The notes under the pieces: model-generated
Database searches by the model: none
What the model saw: only the letters and a program-made list of their open reading frames with translations
Told to the model about the DNA's origin: nothing
Shown here: positions 1 through 6,526 of the stretch, one piece after another
Position numbering within the stretch: the first letter of the stretch is position 1
Layout of the letters: each line of letters opens with the position of its first letter
Origin: Candidatus Helarchaeota archaeon
Lineage (GTDB): Archaea; Asgardarchaeota; Lokiarchaeia; Helarchaeales; RDOG01
NCBI GenBank assembly: GCA_029838215.1
Contig: JALGVI010000073.1
Location: forward strand, 1-14,375
Direction of reading: 5' to 3'
DNA: 14,375 nucleotides
Position numbers and translations under genes: made by a program

Positions 1-1
1 C

Positions 2-685
2 GGGAGTTGCCCAACGTCCCATTACACCTTCTTCTTCAAATTCCTTCTTGACGACATCGAAAGAAACACCTCTTTCCCGAGCATTTTTAGTCACGTCGCT
101 TACAAGCATTGGCGTGTTGGTTGCACCGGGCGAAACACTATTCACGCGAACATTATAAGGTGCCAAATCAAGGGCCAATGCCCTCGTCATGCCCAAAACA
201 CCCGCCTTTGTCGAGCAATAATTCGCGTGATTGACCTGACCTATGTGTCCCGCTACAGAAGCCAAGTTTACGATCACGCCCGCTCTCTGCTTTTTAAAAT
301 GTGGAATGGCATGCTTGCAACAGAAAAATACGCCCTTTAAATTCACGTTGATGAGCAAGTCATAATCCTCTTCCGTGAATTCTTCTGGAGGTCCGACACG
401 CACGACACCAGCATTATTTATCAGGATGTCAATCCTTCCATGCTCTTTAACAACGTCATTGATGACTTTTTCGACTTCAGCCGCTTTAGACACGTCGAGT
501 TTTACGAACTTGACATTCGCATCTGGCATTTCATTCTTGATGAGACCTATCGTTTGCTTTCCTCCCTCTTCATCGATATCCGAAAGCACTTGAACCGCAC
601 CTTCACGTGCAAACAGGATGGCTGTTGACCGTCCGATACCCGAAGCCGCCCCTGTAATGAATACAATCTTTCCTTTTAATTTCAT
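2..685 (-). CDS. Short-chain dehydrogenase/reductase (FabG/3-oxoacyl-reductase-like), 3'-truncated by the window edge
   Basis: Manual translation from ATG at 685 gives MKLKGKIVFITGAASGIGRSTAILFAREGA..., with the TGxxxGxG Rossmann motif, NNAG, YxxxK (NYCSTKAG), VNSVSPG and ...MGRWATP at the edge. A GGTGA RBS lies at 691-695. It is absent from the ORF track because there is no stop inside the window. Confidence 0.93.
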   Translation of the reverse strand, partial: MKLKGKIVFITGAASGIGRSTAILFAREGAVQVLSDIDEEGGKQTIGLIKNEMPDANVKFVKLDVSKAAEVEKVINDVVKEHGRIDILINNAGVVRVGPPEEFTEEDYDLLINVNLKGVFFCCKHAIPHFKKQRAGVIVNLASVAGHIGQVNHANYCSTKAGVLGMTRALALDLAPYNVRVNSVSPGATNTPMLVSDVTKNARERGVSFDVVKKEFEEEGVMGRWATP

Positions 686-690
686 TAAAT

Positions 691-695
691 TCACC
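691..695 (-). promoter_or_regulatory. Shine-Dalgarno site (GGTGA) of the SDR gene
   Basis: TCACC at 691-695 reads GGTGA on the minus strand, 5 nt upstream of the ATG at 685. Confidence 0.6.
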
Positions 696-815
696 AAAAT
701 TAATCTGTCATTAACTGATTCATTCAGCGAAAAATCTTCATAAAGAACATTCTAGTCGGTTCTCTTAAAAATCACTCGAGATGACATCTTGATCGAAAAC
801 TGCAGGCAAGGACGA

Positions 816-1034
816 TCACGGATTCTCCCTTGATTCTTTTTCAGGCGTTTTTACCTCGATGGCATCGGTCGGGCAATTACTGGCACAAATAAAACAATGC
901 GTGCACCACTCCCAACGCACGGGATCTGCCTTGCCAGTTTCAGGATTGATGACATACACTTTCTTCGGGCAAAGGTCCACGCATCTCTCGCACTCCTTAC
1001 CGATGCATCTATCGGGATCGACAACTATGTGCAT
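816..1034 (-). CDS. 2x[4Fe-4S] dicluster ferredoxin (72 aa)
   Basis: Two cysteine motifs, CIGKECERCVDLCP (Cx4Cx2Cx3CP) and CTHCFICASNCP (Cx2Cx2Cx3CP), followed by the typical ...DAIEV tail. Confidence 0.9.
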   Translation of the reverse strand: MHIVVDPDRCIGKECERCVDLCPKKVYVINPETGKADPVRWEWCTHCFICASNCPTDAIEVKTPEKESRENP

Positions 1035-1100
1035 TTTTCCATCAACTTTAAATTTTAAGCAAAGAATTAAATAAGTATCGTGCGAAATTCCATCACGTCT

Positions 1101-1109
1101 TTTTAATAT
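1101..1109 (+). promoter_or_regulatory. Putative archaeal TATA box for the corrinoid protein gene (possibly a leaderless transcript)
   Basis: TTTTAATAT begins 23 nt upstream of ATG 1124 and no SD is visible. The same 9-mer precedes the M24 gene (4044-4052). Confidence 0.4.
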
Positions 1110-1123
1110 CTGCCGGTGTTAAC

Positions 1124-1774
1124 ATGAGCGAGAACTTGAAGAAACTGAAGGATTTTATCGTCGAGCTCGAAAAGGAAAATGCTCTCGAATTGGCAAAAAA
1201 AGTCATTGATGACAAGCAAGCCACGGCTAAAGACATGATTGATGTCATCACCGAAGCATTGGGTCGGATTGGCGAGCTATATCAGGAAGAAGAATATTAT
1301 CTTGCCGAACTCGTGTATGCAGGCGACATTGCAAAGACCCTGATGAATTATTTAGAACCGCTTTTGGTCGGAAATGCCGAGAAAGACGCCGCAAAGAAAA
1401 TCGTGATCGGTACCGTGCAAGGAGACATGCACGACATCGGCAAGAACATCGTTGGCACTTATGCTCGCGGGGCGGGATACGAAGTGATCGACCTCGGAAC
1501 GGACGTGTCCGCCGAGAAATTTGTAAACAAGGTCGAGGAATCAAATGCACGGATCTTGGGAATTTCGTGCCTTTTAACGGCAACCGATGGCGAATTGAAT
1601 AAGATATTTGCAGAATTGAAACAAAAGAATTTGGTCGACGTTAAAGTCGTAATCGGCGGTGCCGCAATGACCGAGAAAATGGCACGAGATCTCGAAGAAA
1701 AGAACGGAATCACGACGAAGTTCGCCTCAGATGCCATAACGGGCATCAAGATCTTCAACGAATTGATAGATTGA
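1124..1774 (+). CDS. Corrinoid (cobalamin-binding) protein of the MtaC/MttC/MtbC methyltransferase-system type
   Basis: N-terminal four-helix cap (...IGELYQEEEYYLAELVYAG) and the B12-binding motifs GTVQGDMHDIGKNIV (DxHxxG), DLG, SCLLT (SxL) and VVIGGA. Confidence 0.93.
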   Translation: MSENLKKLKDFIVELEKENALELAKKVIDDKQATAKDMIDVITEALGRIGELYQEEEYYLAELVYAGDIAKTLMNYLEPLLVGNAEKDAAKKIVIGTVQGDMHDIGKNIVGTYARGAGYEVIDLGTDVSAEKFVNKVEESNARILGISCLLTATDGELNKIFAELKQKNLVDVKVVIGGAAMTEKMARDLEEKNGITTKFASDAITGIKIFNELID

Positions 1775-1798
1775 TTTGGTTACTTGCCTATTTTTCCT

Positions 1799-3706
1799 TT
1801 ATTTCAAGAGCCACTCAAGACCGAGAGAGCTGACCTTTTCTTTCGTCGGCAGTCCCGTTTCCTTGCTCCATCCGCGTTCCTCGTAATAGTCGTCAAGCAT
1901 TTGCACGGCGATTTCGGGCGTGATCTCCACTCCGCCATAAAAATTTTGCAATTTCAACTGAATCTTGCCAAATTGCTTTGGTTCAAACCACACTTGCGGA
2001 AATTCATCATCGACCCTGGAAAAACCCTCTCTGGCGTTTAGAATTTTTAAAAGATTCCAACTGCGTTCTGCTGCCAATCGCAATTCATCGGGTGATGAAT
2101 CAAATCCCGTGACCGCGTTGTAAAATGCCGTCACGGACTCCAAACCGTAAAAACGATTTACGTGAGCCCGCGCGCAGACACCCAATGACGTGAGAACGGA
2201 GTACCAGTCTTCAGAATAGCGAGTCAACCGCCCAACGTGGATGCCCATTTCTTTAATTGGGGGTTTATAAAGTCCGCCCATTGCCGATTCGGGAATGCCC
2301 ATCCGGTTAAAATGCGTTCTGAACTTGTCCAGCGAACCGCCGGGAGACAGGTACGTGGGTGAGCCGCCTGAAGCAACGTGGGCACCTTTTGGATTGACCA
2401 CCTGTTCAAACTCCATCGTTCCCATGCGCAGCATTCTGGGATCAAAAACCACGTCTAACCCCTTAATCACGGGCATGTCTTTTTCAATATCTTCATATCT
2501 TTCAGCAAGTTTTTTCCAGCCATCAGCCAAGATGTTCCCGAATCCCTCTCGATTCGCAATCATCTCTATCATCCTGCTCAAGGTGGCATAATCACGTCTC
2601 CATTTCATTCCCGTTAGGTCTTCCGTGAGAATTCCCCTTTCAAATAACTCCGTGCAAAAATCCAACAATGCAGTGATCGTTAGTGAGTCCAAGCCGTGCC
2701 TGCTGATGAGGTCAAAGCCCTTTACGGCTTCGTTATAGGTGTTCAGGTCGTCAAGCAATAACATGAAAAACGGATTGATGACGGAGGACGTATAATTTAT
2801 CAGTCCTGAAAAATCGCCTTCTTTAATTTCGAGCACGTCCTTGTCCCCCAAAGGACAGGATGGACAGGCAATGCGACGTTTCTTCAACTTCCGCACGTAG
2901 GTGCGTTCACTGGCATGCTTGGCTTTATCCTTGCGACCTTGAGCACCCAGAAGAGCTCCTACGGGCGTTCCCCGTAACATCCCCAACTTGTGCAGGTCTT
3001 TTCTGTGCGGCCAATTTCGAATTCGGTCGTATAGTTTTCGAAAGAGAGCGTTGAATTCCTTCGGTCTTGCAATTTCGGTGCCTTTAGTCCCCTTGACCAT
3101 GATGGCTTTCAGGTTTTTAAATCCCATTACAGCCCCAAGACCGCCCCTTCCAAAAGTTGATGTCTTGTCAATCAACGTGAGTGCAGATTTCACGAGGTTC
3201 TCCCCAGCTTTTCCAATTGCGATCACGCCGCAATCTCCAAACTTATCTTTTACCTGATCAGTCGTTTCCATGATGTCCTTGCCCCACAGGTTCCCTGCGT
3301 CAAGGAGCTCGAAATGCTCGTCCTGAACTGACAAGAAAACGGGCCTCTCTGCCGCACCCGAGATGATCAGGTGATCAAAGCCCGAGTGTTTCAAGTGCAT
3401 TCCGAAACTCATGCTTCCGCAAACGTGCGCAATTGCCCCCGTGGCAGGAAACTTGCAGGTCCCAACGATCCTTGAGGACCCCGGCGTCAGTGTCCCGACA
3501 AGCGGACCGGCTCCGATGATTATCTTATTATCGGATGACAAAGCCTCGGTCTTTGGTTTGAGATGGTCAGCGGCGAGCTTGCAATTCATTCCGAAACCGC
3601 CAATGAACGACTGCACGTCCTTTAAATTTAATTCCTCGATTGAGAACTTGTTGTCCGTCAAATTAACACGCAGGATCTTCCCCGAATAGCCGTGCCACGA
3701 CATCAT
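1799..3706 (-). CDS. aor: Aldehyde:ferredoxin oxidoreductase family (W/Mo-bis-pterin) catalytic subunit, divergent
   Basis: Shows GYSGKILRVNLT, IIIGAGPLVGT, IGKAGENLV, FGRGGLGAVMGFKNLKAI, HGLD, DPR, SLGVC, AERSWNL..NAREGF and YYEERGW. The start is moved from 3775 to ATG 3706, based on GGAGG at 3714-3718 and an ATGA overlap with the upstream stop (3703-3705). This gives 635 aa. Confidence 0.92.
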   Translation of the reverse strand: MMSWHGYSGKILRVNLTDNKFSIEELNLKDVQSFIGGFGMNCKLAADHLKPKTEALSSDNKIIIGAGPLVGTLTPGSSRIVGTCKFPATGAIAHVCGSMSFGMHLKHSGFDHLIISGAAERPVFLSVQDEHFELLDAGNLWGKDIMETTDQVKDKFGDCGVIAIGKAGENLVKSALTLIDKTSTFGRGGLGAVMGFKNLKAIMVKGTKGTEIARPKEFNALFRKLYDRIRNWPHRKDLHKLGMLRGTPVGALLGAQGRKDKAKHASERTYVRKLKKRRIACPSCPLGDKDVLEIKEGDFSGLINYTSSVINPFFMLLLDDLNTYNEAVKGFDLISRHGLDSLTITALLDFCTELFERGILTEDLTGMKWRRDYATLSRMIEMIANREGFGNILADGWKKLAERYEDIEKDMPVIKGLDVVFDPRMLRMGTMEFEQVVNPKGAHVASGGSPTYLSPGGSLDKFRTHFNRMGIPESAMGGLYKPPIKEMGIHVGRLTRYSEDWYSVLTSLGVCARAHVNRFYGLESVTAFYNAVTGFDSSPDELRLAAERSWNLLKILNAREGFSRVDDEFPQVWFEPKQFGKIQLKLQNFYGGVEITPEIAVQMLDDYYEERGWSKETGLPTKEKVSSLGLEWLLK

Positions 3707-3945
3707 TCTTCCGCCTCCACGAGTGACAGCGCGCCGTACAAGCAGTGCCGTGCGCAAATTCCACAATTCGTGCATTCTTCCAAGAAGGTGATTTGAGGCA
3801 TCAATTCATGACAGATTATCCGAACGTGAGCGAGTTCAGGCGCAAATTTATCATGATACGTGTACGCACAGATGAATTGACAAATCCTGCAACCCGAACA
3901 TTTCTCGACGTTAATGGCGATTTTTGAAATTGTCTTCCCCGACAA
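3703..3945 (-). CDS. Small 2x[4Fe-4S] protein, probable electron-transfer subunit of the AOR-family enzyme
   Basis: CSGCRICQFIC and CTNCGICARHC (two CxxCxxCxxxC motifs). TTG start. Its TGA overlaps the AOR ATG. Confidence 0.85.
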   Translation of the reverse strand: MSGKTISKIAINVEKCSGCRICQFICAYTYHDKFAPELAHVRIICHELMPQITFLEECTNCGICARHCLYGALSLVEAEE

Positions 3946-3989
3946 GTCAATCCGCTCTTTTCCCTTGATTTGAAAGATAAATTCATTTT

Positions 3990-3997
3990 TTTATATA
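3990..3997 (-). promoter_or_regulatory. Putative TATA box of the Fe-S/AOR operon
   Basis: The minus strand reads TATATAAA(AAAA), about 45 nt upstream of the TTG at 3945. Confidence 0.5.
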
Positions 3998-4009
3998 GAA
4001 ATCATTCAT

Positions 4010-4028
4010 GATGATATTACCAATCATC
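4010..4028. promoter_or_regulatory. Inverted repeat GATGAT-N7-ATCATC, candidate regulator site in the divergent promoter region
   Basis: Perfect 6-bp inverted repeat lying between the two oppositely oriented TATA-like boxes (3990-3997 and 4044-4052). Confidence 0.35.
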
Positions 4029-4043
4029 CTTCCTCATCAAACC

Positions 4044-4052
4044 TTTTAATAT
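4044..4052 (+). promoter_or_regulatory. Putative TATA box of the M24 gene
   Basis: TTTTAATAT lies about 50 nt upstream of ATG 4102, with a GAGGA RBS at 4088-4092. Confidence 0.4.
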
Positions 4053-4101
4053 TAGTTATTGCCTTACTTATTACAACATCAGAAATAGAGGATAAATTGC
4101 A

Positions 4102-5253
4102 ATGAGTTTTATACATCATCCCAAGATCGAAAAATTTGCATATGACGAGAAACGCGTGGCTGAACTCATGAAAAAATACGAGCTTGACGTGCTGGTCGTT
4201 TCTACGCCTGAGAATATCTTCTATACTTCGGGCTTGCCCGTTCGACACGTTGCCAAAAATCCCATTTTGTTCGTTTTGGCAAATCAATATCCCACGATCG
4301 TCGTCATTGAGAAGAGTGGTCGTGAAAACTTGGTTCTCTGGGACATATACCAGACGAAGAGTTGGATTGAAAACACGAAGGGTGCTTCATCCATTAAGAG
4401 AGCCTTGAAACTCATGGTGAATTTCGTCAAGAACTCGCTTGAAGGCACGGGAAAGATTGGTGTTGAAAGCCGCATGCCTCTTTACCAATTCAACGCGTTG
4501 AAGAAAGCATTCCCCAAGGCAGAGTTCGAGATAAAAAATGCGGACAAGTTGCTCTTGGACCTACGCCTCGTGAAGAGCGATGAGGAAATTCGGCGCATTG
4601 CGGAATCCACGCGCATTGCGGAAAAAACCATTGAAACGCTCATTGCAAGCACGAAAGTCGGCACGAACGACCTTGACCTGATCAGGATCGCCAAGAAAGC
4701 AATGCTCGATGAAGGTGCCGATGGGTATGACCACGTTACAATGTCCATCAATGCAAGCGACCCTGAGCATCCCGGAATCGGCTTGACACTCAAGGAAGGC
4801 GACATCACGCGGTATGACATGGGCGCCATCTACGAAGGTTATAGTTCGGATGTAAGCCGGCACGCATTCATCGGGCAAGGTCCTGCTGAAGTCAAGGATC
4901 TCATTCGAGCTGTTGTTGCCGTGCAGGATGCGTGCGAACGTGCCATCAAACCGGGATACGTGCCGAAAGACCTATACACGCTTGCGCAAGAAACTTGGAA
5001 AGAAATCGGTCGAAAAGATCCGCTCATCCTGACCTGCCACGCCATCGGAATCGGTACCGAGGAATTCCATTTCTTCGACCCAATGACGCAAAAACCCGCC
5101 AAAATACCATTTGAGAAAAACATGACAATGGACATCGAAGCATGGACATTGATACCGAAACTTGGACTCGTCGGTAACGAAGATACCTATCAGGTAACGG
5201 CAACGGGCTGCAAGCGCATCAGCACGCTAAAAATGGACTTGTTCGAAGTCTAA
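4102..5253 (+). CDS. M24 family (Xaa-Pro peptidase/creatinase-like) dinuclear metallohydrolase
   Basis: Creatinase-like N domain (LDVLVVSTPENIFYTSG) and the linker LRLVKSDEEI. Five metal ligands are recognisable: YDMG (D), SSDVSR (D), CHAIG (H), DIEAW (E) and GNEDTY (E). RBS GAGGA at 4088-4092. Confidence 0.9.
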   Translation: MSFIHHPKIEKFAYDEKRVAELMKKYELDVLVVSTPENIFYTSGLPVRHVAKNPILFVLANQYPTIVVIEKSGRENLVLWDIYQTKSWIENTKGASSIKRALKLMVNFVKNSLEGTGKIGVESRMPLYQFNALKKAFPKAEFEIKNADKLLLDLRLVKSDEEIRRIAESTRIAEKTIETLIASTKVGTNDLDLIRIAKKAMLDEGADGYDHVTMSINASDPEHPGIGLTLKEGDITRYDMGAIYEGYSSDVSRHAFIGQGPAEVKDLIRAVVAVQDACERAIKPGYVPKDLYTLAQETWKEIGRKDPLILTCHAIGIGTEEFHFFDPMTQKPAKIPFEKNMTMDIEAWTLIPKLGLVGNEDTYQVTATGCKRISTLKMDLFEV

Positions 5254-5663
5254 TCTTCATGACCCACGTCCAAGTTGCATCATCATGAAAAAAGATATTC
5301 ATTTATCTGCGCGCATCCCGACCATATAAATACGGGCAAAGCCGTTTACTTTCTCTTAAGTCACGAACCTATCGAGTCGCGTCCGCTACTCTTCACATAT
5401 CATTCTTTCAAGAATAACCTATTCCTAAAGTCTCCCATGCGAGCCACGGGCAAGGCAATCGCCGAACATCGCTCACAAATCGCCGTGATTTTTTACTTCC
5501 TTCCAATTCGATACTTGTGGAATTTCGTGAACGGCTTGAGATGCCATCGCTTCAGCTTCATGGAAGCCGTCAGGCATGTTTTTTATAGGAAGAAAATCAA
5601 GATCTCAACTAAAGACAAAATTCTTCACGCGGTCTTCCGCTTGGGTAAGTTTGTATTTAAAGC

Positions 5664-6506
5664 ATGGACGCCGGAAGATCTTTCGCAATATTTTCCAGCA
5701 ATAGAAAAGAGAGGAGAAATGCAACGACTGAAGAAGAATACTATGCTCGAATTATCTGGCTTAAAGCGATTATTTCAATTGTTTTATTCGTACTAGGAGC
5801 GGCGAATATAGCGATCGCTCTTGTATTTCAAGAAATGAACATCAGGATTGGTTTTCTCTTCATTCAGTATGACATTGTTACCGCTTCTTGTTTTAGCATT
5901 GTTCTTTTCATCATTGCTTTCATTCTATTGATAACAGGCCCCAGTTTTGATCGCAAGACGAGATTTTCTTCAGTCTACGAATATCGGCAGTATAAAAAAA
6001 AGCAGAAATTCAAGGTTTCATGTTCATTCAAGAATGAGATTGACTCGATGATCTCGGATTTAATCCTACAAGTCCTGAAGATGCATGATGAATATCATTC
6101 CATTGCAGGCGATGTATTTCCAGAATTCCGTAAAGAATTCGAAAACTTGTATAAACGTGTCGATGCCTATTGGTCATATCACCGAAAAATATTTGATTTC
6201 ATATACCGGTTCCTTTACGTATCGGATGAGCTATTATCGGGCGTTTTCGTCCACGATGATCCCTTAAATATTCCAGAAAATCTGGGAATCGTCAAATTTG
6301 CATATAATTTTAGCTTCAGGTTCGAGATGAAAGGATTCACGTTGGATATAGTACAAAAAGAATTCACGCGGCTCAAGCCGAAAAATCAAGCAATTGCTCT
6401 TATCGAGGAAGAATTGATAAATCTTGCATTAAAATTCGGTGAAAATGAACAATATTTCAAGGCAAGATTCTGGGATGAGGTTCGCGATCGAAATGTCGAA
6501 ATATGA
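5664..6506 (+). CDS. Hypothetical membrane-anchored protein (2 predicted TM helices plus a helical soluble domain)
   Basis: 280-aa ORF with two long hydrophobic stretches (IIWLKAIISIVLFVLGAANIAIALVF and IVTASCFSIVLFIIAFILLITG), followed by a basic patch. No family recognised. An in-frame TAA at 5658-5660 bounds the start. Confidence 0.7.
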   Translation: MDAGRSFAIFSSNRKERRNATTEEEYYARIIWLKAIISIVLFVLGAANIAIALVFQEMNIRIGFLFIQYDIVTASCFSIVLFIIAFILLITGPSFDRKTRFSSVYEYRQYKKKQKFKVSCSFKNEIDSMISDLILQVLKMHDEYHSIAGDVFPEFRKEFENLYKRVDAYWSYHRKIFDFIYRFLYVSDELLSGVFVHDDPLNIPENLGIVKFAYNFSFRFEMKGFTLDIVQKEFTRLKPKNQAIALIEEELINLALKFGENEQYFKARFWDEVRDRNVEI

Positions 6507-6526
6507 GTTGAATGTCTTCACTTCCC

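Noticed and set aside
1772-2041. Possible TGA (Sec) readthrough of the corrinoid gene into the in-frame 1784-2041 ORF
   Set aside because: The corrinoid domain is already complete, the extension is antisense to the AOR C-terminus, and no SECIS-like element is evident.
3707-3775. N-terminal extension of the 658-aa AOR ORF (start 3775)
   Set aside because: It overlaps the Cys-rich Fe-S gene in another frame. The SD and ATGA coupling point to 3706.
4593-4623. 13-bp direct repeat GCGCATTGCGGAA (4593-4605 and 4611-4623) in the M24 gene
   Set aside because: It encodes RIAE twice within a normal helix of the family. Only two copies, so not a CRISPR or tandem array.
5330-5345. GGGCAAAGCC resemblance to the c-di-GMP-I riboswitch
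   Set aside because: Only a short fragment matches. The GAAA tetraloop/receptor stems and the rest of the consensus are missing.
5340-5460. tRNA-like GGTTCG on the minus strand
   Set aside because: No T-arm pairing, acceptor stem or cloverleaf could be built.
5494-5562. Basic 22-aa minus-strand peptide MKLKRWHLKPFTKFHKYRIGRK (superficially eL41-like)
   Set aside because: It lacks the Arg/Lys-run pattern of eL41 and has no SD. A short ORF like this is expected by chance.
5275-5796. 173-aa plus-strand ORF
   Set aside because: No recognisable motifs or SD, unnatural-looking composition, and a 133-bp overlap with the better-supported 5664-6506 ORF. It cannot be fully excluded.
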